Part shown: positions 34,777 to 44,603 of the stretch, in pieces
How the letters are laid out: each line of letters begins with the position of its first letter
How positions within the stretch are numbered: position 1 is the stretch's first letter
Source: Terriglobia bacterium
GTDB taxonomy: Bacteria; Acidobacteriota; Terriglobia; 2-12-FULL-54-10
Direction: 5' to 3'
NCBI GenBank assembly: GCA_963666975.2
Contig: CAXVYR010000004.1
Span: forward strand, 1,600,001 to 1,664,000
DNA length: 64,000 nucleotides
Program-made: the position numbers and the translations under genes
Notes under the pieces: model-generated
The model's database searches: none
The model's input: the letters and a program-made list of their open reading frames with translations, nothing else
Told to the model about the DNA's origin: nothing

Positions 34777-37765
34777 CGGATCAATCGGTAATGAATTCAA
34801 TATTTGAATTTGAGGTGTAGCCATGGTTCGATATCAATCCTTGCTGGTCGTTTTTTGGGCGGCGCTGGCGGCGTCCCTGGCATTCGGCCAGGAAAAAGGA
34901 TTTTCCGTGGAGGCGAAACCGGCGGAACTGCTTGAGCAGCAAGCCGGCATTGCCGAGCGGTACGCCCTGCTGATTGGAATCAGTGAATATGCGAATACCA
35001 CCATCGACCTCAATTTCGCTGCCAATGACGCGCGAGCCCTGAACGACCTCTTGCTTGACCCGGAGATCGGAGCTTATAAACCTGAGAACATTCGGTTGCT
35101 GCTCAACGAAGAGGCCACCCGCAGGAACATCATGAGCTCCCTCAATTCCTGGCTGGGAAACCGGGTTCAAGAAGAGGACAGCGTTTTGATTTTCTACTCC
35201 GGGCACGGCGCGCTGGGAAATGGCAATGAGGCTTATTGGGTCACCCATGACGCCGACGTGGAAGACCTCTATGCGTCCGCTTTGAGTAACACGGATATCT
35301 CAGGGTTGATTGCAAAGCTTCCTGCCAAAAGGAAGCTGACGCTGATTGACTCCTGCTACAGCGAGGCAACGGCCAAGAAGTACCGGGCATTGGTCCCAAG
35401 CGATATTTTTGAAGAGTTCACGGGCGAGGGGGTTGTCACCATCACGGCTTCCACCGGCCAGGAAAAGTCGGTAGAAGTGGGAGGCCACGGGGCCTTCACT
35501 TACCACCTGCTGGAGGCTCTGGAAGGCAAAGGGGATGTCAACGGCAACGGAGTGGTCGAGTTGGACGAGATGTGGAACTACCTGAACACCAAGGTGCAGA
35601 ATACGGCAGCCGACGCCGGAAACCGGCAGACTCCGGTGTTGCTCGCCGACCGCATGGAGCACGGCTTCCCGTTGACCATTAACCCCGCACGGGCGGCTGG
35701 CGCAACGCTGAACCAGCTCAAGGAGATGTACAGCGCGGGAACGATCACGGTCGATGAAATCGGCGAGGCCGAGCAACTGCTGACCACCAGAGGGGCTGAC
35801 CCGGAGCTGCGAAAACTCTATCAGGACATGGCGTCCGGCGTGCTGACACCCGACTATTTCCGAAGAATGCGGGAGATGCACCGCCCGGCGGCCACGGCTT
35901 CCAGCACTCCCGTCCAGCCGGCAACGCCTGCTGCGTACGCTTCTGAACCTCCATTCACCGCGGAATCAGCAATGACAGAAACCGCAGGAACAACCGGAAC
36001 CACGGGGTCCACCACGGGATCCTATGAAGAGACCGAGGCCTTTCGCGCCTCCGAACTGGTGAACTCTGCCGGGGGGTGGGAACGATTTCTCAGCCAATAT
36101 CCCAATGGCGCGCTGGCGGAGAGAGCCCGCGCTCGATTGACGGAAATGCAAGCTCAGGAGCGCGCCGAGACGATGGCCTACGACATCGCCAAGGCCGGCG
36201 ACACTGAAGCAGGCTGGCGTCAATACCTTGCCCGATTCCCCAACGGAAACTTTGTCTCCGAGGCCAGAGGCCGCATGCAGCAACTGCAGGAGAGCCGGCA
36301 GCACCAAGAGAGAGAACCGGCAGCTTACATTGTGGCCGAATCTCAGAACACCGAGGAGGGATGGGCGAATTTCGTCAGGGAATTTCACGACAGCCAGCTG
36401 GCCGTGGTGGCCCAGCGCCGCCTGGACGAGCTGCGCAAGGCCAACCGCGAAACTGAGAATAGCCTTTATGCCCAGGCACTCGAGAAAGACACTCAGCCAT
36501 TGTGGGACCAGTACATTCAGGAATTTCCCGATGGCCGCTTCCTGTCCGAGGCTATGGAAAAAAGAACCGTCGCAGTCAGAAGGGCGGATGAGGAGAACCA
36601 GTACCAACTGGCGGCCAACACAGATACCCGGGATGGCTGGATGGCCTACCCGGACAAGTTCCCGGAGGGCCCCCATGCCGGCGCCGCCCAGACTCGCATC
36701 CAGCAAATTACCTGGGCGGAGTTTGCCGACGTCGCTCCCATCGCCGGAGACTCGTTCATGATGGGCAACGCCAGAGACAAAGGCGACGCGAAACCTCCCC
36801 ACAAAGTGGAACTCGATCCCTTTCACATTGGCAGAACGGAGGTTACCAACGCCCAGTTCTCCAAGTTCCTGGAGGAGACGGGACGGCGCGCACCGACCCT
36901 GCGTGATTTTGCTTCCAACTACATGAGCGCCCAGCCCGACTTGCCGGTAGTGAATGTGACCTGCGCCGATGCCGAAGCCTACTCCAAGTGGCTGACGGAG
37001 AAGATCGGCTCCACCGTGCGGCTGCCCACCGAAGCCGAATGGGAGTACGCCGCCGGAGGCGGACAGGCTAACACTCTCTATCCCTGGGGAGCTGGCGATC
37101 CAAAAACGCAGGCTCGCTACAACGACAACGATCCGAGCGGGGTGAAGACTGTTAAGAGCGTAATTACTATATGAATCAAGAGAGGCTGCAATTGGAGCTG
37201 GTGGACCTGATTACCCGAACGGGTTCCTGAAAGCTTTCGGACGGAAACCTCCGCTTTATTTCGCACGGCTTCGCGCCATTTTAGCCCACTGCCTGACTAT
37301 TGCAGGCAATCTCTACAGCACTTCATAGCCAAAGAGAACTTCATCAACGTACCCCATATGAAGCATGTCAATAACACGGCAAAGATATGATCTGCCACAA
37401 TCCCACCACGTGTAATGGGCATCTATCATGAGGTAGTGCTTTACATCGACCCCCTCATGCTCTCGCAGTTCCTCAAGCTCCATTCCGTCTAGCAAACTTT
37501 CGTAAACCCCATCGGCAACGCGGCTACCGAATGTGGTGGTGTAATCGGCAAAAGATCGGGCGGCCGTCCCCATTTGATTCAGCCTGCGATTCTGTTTCTC
37601 CAATTTCTCCAAACGCCCGGCTACCGGGGGCCGGTCCAATGCAGGGGATGAGTTGAGTTTCCCTCCGGCTGTTTGTGTTCCTTGCCGGGCAGGATCGAAC
37701 CTTGCGCTGATGTCCGCTCGCAACAGGTCCTGACGAACCCCATCTGGATCATTATTAATGGCAGA

Positions 37766-40760
37766 TTACGGCCCAGAATCGCCGGGACGTATCCGCAGAG
37801 AGAGGGCAACGGACATTTCGCGGATTCTTTCAACGTTGGAGCTGGTTCCAAACAATGCAGCATCAAAAGCAAGTCTTTGGGTCAGGTTGAGACCAATGCC
37901 ACCCGTCGGCTGCCAGCGCTTCCGAGAGTACCTGGCACCGCCTCGGAATTCGATTCGAGAGAAGCGGTATTCCGTGCCTCCATGAAAGCTGAAGTTCTCA
38001 AACCCATAGCCCAGGTCCACGAGCGCTGACCAGTTCTCCCAGTGGTAAGCGCCGTTGCCTGAGTAGCGGACGGGTAATTTTACATCGATGCTGCCGGTGG
38101 GGGGCGGGAGACGTCTGTCTGCAAATCCTGCGTCGACCAGAAGACTGGCCAGCGTAAACTGCTTTAGTTTGAACTCCTCCCATTTGATGCGGTTGCCGAC
38201 ACCGTTGGCGCCAAATCCCAATTCCCAGTTATCGTGGACGATTCCTGCGCCGAAATCCAAAGCAAAGCCCCTGCCGGACCTGGAGGTTAATTGTTCAATG
38301 ACCACTGGGGTCAATTGATCAACAAGGTCAGGAGGCAATTGATACAGGAGTTCAGGAATTAGTTCCACAACTTCTTGAGGAGACAATTGCTCAATGACCC
38401 CCGGAGGGAATTGTTGTAATAACTCCGGGGTCAAGAATGGAAGTATCTGAGAAGTTGTTACAGAGGGTAGGCTAATAAGGCCGTCGGAGTCTGTGTCAAT
38501 TCGCACGTTGAAGTCCAGAGCATCGTACCGAAATCCGCGCAGGTAGTGATAGTTGGCCGCGAAATAAATTCCGTTGCGATCCGAAGAGCTGGAACCCATC
38601 CAATCGGAGGCTCCGAGTTTGAGCCTGTAGCCTCCGGTGATGGCCAGCGCAGCCTGTCCGGTTGAGTCATTGAGTATCCGGTAACTGTCTTGGGGTATGG
38701 AGACAGGGGAAGGTGTCCCAAACTCAGTTGCAGGTTGGGACGGCGGGTTGAGTTCATATTACGCCACTTTCTCCTTGTGAGAGGAAGCAGCGTTTGACTT
38801 CGGCCGAGAATCGATGCCAAAGCCCAGAGATCGTGATAACCCATGATCTTCCGGAAATTCTTCTCGGTCAGCAGAAACGCTCCTGCCACCCAGCGCAACG
38901 TCATCTCGCCGTCGCGCCAGCGGCAAACATTGCCAGTCTTTTTCCGCACGCCCGACTGCGGGCTCTCGATGAGGTTCGTGGTTGCCAGGCAGCGGTGGAG
39001 GCTGGGAGGAACGTCGGCTCGATTGATCGTAAAGGTCTCCTCCAACCCTTCGCGCAAGCTGGCGGCTGCTGCCGGATGATCGCACTCGATCATCCCAGCG
39101 AGCTTCTTTATGCGCACGATGCCTTCCTCGGCTTGGGGCAATCGCCAGGCGGCGCGCATCAGCGACCGCACCTGATTCGCCAGCATTTTGTCGCCCTTTG
39201 GTAACCGCTCAGCCACGTTGCGCAGCTTATGAGTACGGCAACGCTGCACCAGCTGATTGCTGCCGAATACTTCCTCGATCCCCGCGCGGAGCGCTTTGGC
39301 GCCGTCGATCACAAACAGATAGCGCTGATCCGTGCGCAAACCTTGCTGGCGCAGGCGGGTGAGAAGGTCTTTCACCGCAGCGGCGTTTTCGGTCGCGCCC
39401 AGTTGAATCCCCAGCACATGCTTGCGGCCCTCGATGTCCACGCCCACGGCGCTGATGACGTGGTGGGAGCCGAACCGCATTCCGTCCAGGTAAATCACCA
39501 GAATCTCGACCTCCTCCCAGCGCCGCGCCAACAGTTCTTCCAGCCGCCGCGCTCCTTGCTCGGCCGCTTCCCGGCTCACCTGAGACTTCGACACCCCAGC
39601 GCTGTTGGCCATCTCCGGGATCACCTCGCGGTAGTTCCGCGTCGAAACCCCTTTCAACAGTGCCTCGAACATCTCCTCGCCCGTCTTCTCGCTTTTCCGC
39701 AGTGCTTCGTAGGCCGGCACCGCTTCTTCCCCTCCGCCCTTCCGGCGCAGCCGGGGCCGCTCCACCCGCAGCTGGCGATCGGCCAGTTTCACCCTCCCCA
39801 ATTGCCGGCCATGCCAGCGCACCTCTCCGCTCGCCTTCCCGGGACTCTTTGGCCCCGCGATTTGCTCTGCGCTCATGCTCAGAATCGTTTCAATCAAACC
39901 TCGCCCGGCCCGATCAATCACCTCATCCACCGCCAGACGCGCCTCCGTGATCAGATCCACCACCGGCAACAGCATCTGTCCGTTGGTTTGGCAAAACTTC
40001 TGGATGGTTTCTTCGGCTCCCTTGGAACCCAGTTCCAAAACGTGATATTTTCCCTTCATTCGGCGGTTCTCCTTCTATAGGATTTAGGCTTGGCCCGATT
40101 CTATTCGATTCGGGCCGAACCGCCGTTCAACCTTCAACTATGTATGGGACACCCTCAGACAGGGCTGGAGCTGCCCAGAATATCGATCAGGCGTTGATCG
40201 AAGTCCAGGTCAGTGCTGACGGAAAGGTAGGGGCCTGCGCCAACGTAAATTCCGTGGAATGATTCATTGCCGCGCTGCAGAAATTTGAAAGTGTGACCCC
40301 AGCTTGGAGCAACCAATCCCTCGGCCAAAAACGTTCTGGGAGGGGTAAATCCTCGATAGTCGTTCAGGTCCCGGCTCATCTCTCCATTTCGTAGGTCATC
40401 GAGAAAATCAAATTCTCCTTTTCCTTTGCTGCGATCCAGCGTGTAGTGCAGGGGATTACCGGCGTAGTCAATCACCCGGACCAGGTCGAACTCCTCCTTG
40501 TCCGGATTAAAGACATCCATGTCTTGCACTATTTGCATCACCCCCAGAGGTATGACGATGGAACTGTATTCAAACTTCTGGGGAATATTCTTAAAGACAA
40601 TGTTGCCCGAGCCGATATTAGAAACACCTCCGAGGGAGATGTTGCGGGCGTCGAAACTATAGTTCTGCGCGAAAAGTGGCGAGGAGATAAACCAAGCGCA
40701 AAACAACAAGGTCCCGGCGCGGAAACAACTTTCGTCGAGAGTTCGCAACATGGATAACAT
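37766..40760 (-). pseudogene. Putative outer-membrane beta-barrel protein, interrupted by IS256 copy 2
   Basis: Signal peptide then FDARNISLGG. Removing the IS and one TSD gives SSSPVSIPQDSY...DWMGSSS in frame with ORF 37766-38599; alternating beta-strand pattern. Confidence 0.75.
38709..40156 (-). mobile_element. IS256-family insertion sequence, copy 2
   Basis: Same IRs as copy 1; TSD AGACAGGG (38701-38708, 40157-40164); transposase starts at 40059; 1-bp deletion near its 3' end. Confidence 0.95.
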
Positions 40761-40844
40761 AGATTTTCCTCTTTTTGGGGATTCGTAAGCGGGGCGTAGC
40801 ATAGCAAACCGGGATTTCCATTTTGAGCTACCCTTTTCCACAAG

Positions 40845-40873
40845 AAGCTAAACCTCCTGCCCTGTGGTGTCAA
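40845..40873 (-). promoter_or_regulatory. Outward-facing sigma-70-type promoter in the IS1380 right end
   Basis: Minus strand TTGACA-17 bp-TAGCTT, pointing at the gene that starts at 40760. Confidence 0.7.
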
Positions 40874-41157
40874 GCACAAATCACCATGGTCTGTTCGGGG
40901 TGGCCTTGCGGCTCGCTTTGACACTTCCCTTAAGCCGGAATTTCCTTTTTAGCTCCAACGACCCGCACTATACAGCCATCGCGGGGTTCCAGCGCACGAT
41001 TTTTTATTTGGCTGGGTCCAGGGCATCGGGACAGGGTCCTGTCTGCCCTAAAGCGAGTCCCTAAACTGCTGACCACGGGCCTTCCCATCGGCTCTTGCAG
41101 ACAACTCTCCATTCCTGGAGGATATCGGAATCGTTTTCTTGGGTGCCGCAGCCTGGG

Positions 41158-42531
41158 CTATCCCGACGGAAGCGGCAATCCATCGATCCGCCTCACCATA
41201 CTGGCAAATAAACGTCTCGTCAAATGGCTTTCCGCCAGCAGCAACCAATAATACCGGGCATGCTTAATCAGGCGTCCTCCGGTTTTGACCAATCGCTGCT
41301 GCAAGCTCGTCAGGGACCAGTTCCCGATTCTTTGCGGCAATGCCAGCCGCCGCCACAGGTTGCCGAGATTACAGGCAATGATGGTCAGCAACAGCCGTAC
41401 CTCGTTGGATCGGAACTTGTGGCAGCTCAGCCGCGTCATCTTCACTGCCTGCTTGCCCTCCTTGATCCACTGCTCGGCAGTGCCCCGCTTATTGTAAAAC
41501 CTCACCACCGCCCGACTCGGCAAGGTCAAGTTCGTAACGATAAACCCCACTCGCGGGAACAACTCTCCCTGGTGATGTTCCACCTTGGCAACGACCCGTC
41601 TCGCCTTGCCCCAACTCGCTGCTTGATAGAGAAAGCCCTTGTACTCCACCAACGGCTTCACACTGGGTCTTCCCACCGGGCGCGGTAACAGTTCGGCGAT
41701 ATCTCGTTCCAGGCTATCGTTCGCGGGTATGCGAATGGCGTACTTCACGCCGCGCTCCTCCAGCGCCTCATAAATCTCTGGCTTGGCGAAGGCGGCATCG
41801 GCACGAAACACCACCTCCTTGCCCAACTTCTGTTGCCGTTCGATCTCCGGCAGCAAGAGTTCTTCCCAGTCATCGGCGCTGTGCACGTTGCCCGGTCGCA
41901 ATTTGGCCGCCAGACAGTCACCATCGCGATTGAACAGCAACAACGGGTGATAGCAGCTCGACTCGAAATGCCCGTTGTAGGCGCTCTGCTCCTGCTGCCC
42001 GTAAACAGGAATTTCCGTGCTATCCATGTCCAGCACCACCCGCTGCGGTGAATCAACCGCCTCCGCCTTCGCGATCAGCCCCCGGTTGATCGCTGCCAGA
42101 CCAGCGAGATTCTCTTCTTGGGTCAACAGCTCCGTCTCGAACGATTGCAGCCGGGAAGTCAGCGCGGCTCCTCGCTCCCAGATCTTCTCCGAACCGATCA
42201 ACCGGAACGCCGGATCTTGAGAGAGCCGTTCCGCGTCGTTCATATCTTCGTAACCCGCCAAGCGGCTGTAAACGGACTGCCGCAGCAGATCAGCAAAGGG
42301 CAACCGTGTGTTCTTCCCACGAGGATCGACCAGGTGCTGCCTGATGAGTTCACCGAAGCCCAAATGTTCGTCCAGCTCTCGCACCAGGATCAGGCCACCA
42401 TCGGAAGTCACTCGTGATCCTTGAAAATCGACACGCAAAAACCTGTTGAACGAGAATTGAAAATGCTGATTTTGGTTGTCACCCGCTGGGTGTCTACCTC
42501 CTGGTGGCTGTATTGACGCTGGAACCAGCAT
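41158..42531 (-). CDS. IS1380-family DDE transposase
   Basis: VTSDGGL, LDMDST, YNGHF...CYHPL, RADAAF and YNKRGTAEQWIKEGK; exact start uncertain. Confidence 0.93.
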   Translation of the reverse strand: MLVPASIQPPGGRHPAGDNQNQHFQFSFNRFLRVDFQGSRVTSDGGLILVRELDEHLGFGELIRQHLVDPRGKNTRLPFADLLRQSVYSRLAGYEDMNDAERLSQDPAFRLIGSEKIWERGAALTSRLQSFETELLTQEENLAGLAAINRGLIAKAEAVDSPQRVVLDMDSTEIPVYGQQEQSAYNGHFESSCYHPLLLFNRDGDCLAAKLRPGNVHSADDWEELLLPEIERQQKLGKEVVFRADAAFAKPEIYEALEERGVKYAIRIPANDSLERDIAELLPRPVGRPSVKPLVEYKGFLYQAASWGKARRVVAKVEHHQGELFPRVGFIVTNLTLPSRAVVRFYNKRGTAEQWIKEGKQAVKMTRLSCHKFRSNEVRLLLTIIACNLGNLWRRLALPQRIGNWSLTSLQQRLVKTGGRLIKHARYYWLLLAESHLTRRLFASMVRRIDGLPLPSG

Positions 42532-42908
42532 GAATATTGGCGTCGGAGGTTAGTATAAGGTTAGCTTCGGAATTTTAAAACGGAAATCCGGGTTAAGAAG
42601 GAAACTTTTGCGCCAAACAAATTTGGGCTTTACAACATGGCGGGCAACGTAGCCGAGTGGGTGAGCGATTACTATTCTGACAAATATTACAAAACCTCTC
42701 CGGCCAGGATGCCCACCGGCCCGCCGTCGGGCAAGGAACGCGTGGTGCGAGGGGGAAGCTGGAACAACGGAAAAGACGAGTTGCGCGTTGCCCGGCGCGC
42801 CAAACGCGAGCCCTACAAAACAGATGATACTATAGGCTTCCGCGTGGTGATCGAAGGTCTCCCGCAGTAAGCAGGCAACACCGCAGGCTTGCCTGAGAAT
42901 AACTATTC

Positions 42909-43844
42909 CTATAGGTGGTCGTACAGGTGAGCAACGAAGGAGCCGTAGCCGTTATACGGCAGCGTCGGGCGGGTTTCTCCCGTGCCGATGTCTTTCTCGG
43001 TGGCCTGGGACCATTGCGGATGAGGCACGCTGGGATCGACGTTGGCGGTAAAGTGGTACTCATGAGGCGCTACGTCATTCCAAAAGGTCCGGGGCTCCTG
43101 GGCCGTGAACTCAACTGCGACGATTGACTTGATGCTCTTGAAGCCGTACTTCCACGGCACCGCCAGACGGATAGGCGCTCCGTTTTGCTTGGGCAGTTCG
43201 TGGCCATACATCCCTGTCACTAGAAACGACAATTCATTCATCGCTTCGGCCATCGTCAAACCCTGGGAGTGCGGCCAGGGATGCCTTTGATGCTTCATCT
43301 GGCCCGGGGCCTGAGCGGGGCGGAAAAACGACACCAGGCGAACGTACCGCGCCTCCGATGTGGGTTGCACTAAATCTATCAATGCCTTGAACGGAAAGCC
43401 GGTCCACGGCACCGCCATGGACCACGCTTCCACGCAGCGATGCCGGTAGAGCCGCTCCTCCAGCGGAAGCCGGCGGAGCAACTGGAACACATCCAGCGTC
43501 TGCGGTTTGTGCACCAGCCCGGTGACTTCAATCGTCCACGGCTCGGTCTGAAACCGGTCCACCAGCTTCCAGACCATTTCCTTCTGATCGCTGAACTCGT
43601 AAAAGTTGTTATAGCGAGTTGCTATAAGCTCGCTGGTGATGGGACGGTCGAGCCGGAAGGCCGGGTTCCGTTTCGCCGGGTAAGGACTGTCGCTCGCCCA
43701 CAGAGACCGGGGACCGATCCCCGCTGTTCCCAGCGCCGTAATACCGAGGGCCGAGAGAAACTTTCTCCGGTTCCAGAAGACGTGTTCCGGGGTCGCCTGG
43801 TGCTCAGGAATTTTCCACCCTCTCGGAATCCGGATGTGCGCCAT
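42909..43844 (-). CDS. msrP: Protein-methionine-sulfoxide reductase catalytic subunit
   Basis: NRRKFL Tat motif, YNNFYEF, RHRCVEAWSM, QNGAPIRL.VPWKYGFKSIKSI and HPQWSQATE; GGAGG RBS. Confidence 0.95.
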   Translation of the reverse strand: MAHIRIPRGWKIPEHQATPEHVFWNRRKFLSALGITALGTAGIGPRSLWASDSPYPAKRNPAFRLDRPITSELIATRYNNFYEFSDQKEMVWKLVDRFQTEPWTIEVTGLVHKPQTLDVFQLLRRLPLEERLYRHRCVEAWSMAVPWTGFPFKALIDLVQPTSEARYVRLVSFFRPAQAPGQMKHQRHPWPHSQGLTMAEAMNELSFLVTGMYGHELPKQNGAPIRLAVPWKYGFKSIKSIVAVEFTAQEPRTFWNDVAPHEYHFTANVDPSVPHPQWSQATEKDIGTGETRPTLPYNGYGSFVAHLYDHL

Positions 43845-44073
43845 TCCCGCCTCCTCCCGACCGCGCGGGTATGCCTGCCAACCCGCTATTCCCATGATTA
43901 TACCCCCAGTCAGCGCCCTGGCAATCTGAGCTTGAGGCAACAGGACGGCGGGCGTAAAATCTTTAGCGAACAAGCTTCTGCGGCGCGGTCCACAAAGGAT
44001 GTTTCGGAAAGGATGGACTAGGATGGGTGTCAACGGAAAAGGCTTGTGTGGCTGGTAACTGGTATTTCTGCTC

Positions 44074-44472
44074 TTGGCGCTCTCGGTCGCCAGCCTTGCC
44101 GCAGCCTACGCGGGCGCGGATGAGACCATACAGTTTCTGGCAGACCGGGGAGCCAAGCGGGACGTGATGGACCGGTTCGGCCAGACGCCGCTGAGCATCG
44201 CCTCAGCTATCATTACGGCAGGCATGGCCGACTACGCCGACCCCAGGCCGCGCCGGTACCGCAAGAGCACCGTAGACTTGCTGCTCCAATTGGGGGCTAC
44301 CTCATTGGAAGAATCCGGCGTCCAAAGCCTGGGCTCAATGGCCGTAAGCAAGGAGTGGAGACGCCCGCAATCCAAGCCCATGGTGAATGGAGAGCGTTCG
44401 CCGTGGGTTTTTCCTGTTATTTCCAAAAAGGAGAGATATCATTCCAAAGCCCGGCGGTCTTTGCCGGGATGA
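44074..44472 (+). pseudogene. C-terminal remnant of an ankyrin protein
   Basis: AAYAGADETIQFLADRGA....DRFGQTPLSIA matches the C-terminus of 19821-21497; no N-terminal part or clear RBS. Confidence 0.65.
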
Positions 44473-44569
44473 GGAATCTGCTTGTTCGAGCGGCTTCCGC
44501 ATCAACCAAAAGACAAGCAGATCCCTCGCGGAGTTTATCCTGAGCAACGCCGAAGGGCTCGGGATGACA
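44437..44569. repeat. REP-like nested inverted repeat
   Basis: TCATTCC...GAGGAATCTGCTTG pairs with CAAGCAGATCCCTC...GGGATGACA. Confidence 0.6.
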
Positions 44570-44603
44570 GCGCAGCATGGGATACACCAATGATGAAAAT
44601 GGC

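Larger units (their letters stand above)
37158..42592 (-). mobile_element. IS1380-mediated transposition unit (IS plus captured downstream DNA)
   Basis: TTAAGA duplicated at 37152-37157 and 42593-42598; the right junction coincides with the IS1380 terminal IR. Confidence 0.78.
40809..42592 (-). mobile_element. IS1380-family insertion sequence
   Basis: IRs CCCGGATTTCCGTTTT (inward from 42592) and CCGGGATTTCCATTTT (from 40809) flank the transposase gene. Confidence 0.88.
34823..42870 (+). pseudogene. Exported caspase + FGE/sulfatase-modifying-factor domain protein, split by a 5.4-kb insertion
   Basis: FYSGHG, IDSCYS, DVNGNGVVELDE, TEVTNAQF and RLPTEAEWEYAA in 34823-37157; APNKFGLYNMAGNVAEW, RGGSW and IGFRVV in 42599-42870. 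Rejoins in frame as KTVKKETFAPN. Confidence 0.9.

Noticed and set aside
37313-37723. 136-aa ORF at the distal end of the transposition unit as a real gene
   Set aside because: Looks like a patchwork of fragments with no RBS or recognisable domain; not supportable without a search.
38458-40059. 533-aa extended transposase fusion
   Set aside because: Read-through caused by a 1-bp deletion near the 3' end; the extension is out-of-frame flanking DNA.
34823-42870. FGE-fold domain as a diversity-generating retroelement target
   Set aside because: No reverse transcriptase and no template repeat matching its 3' end in this window.
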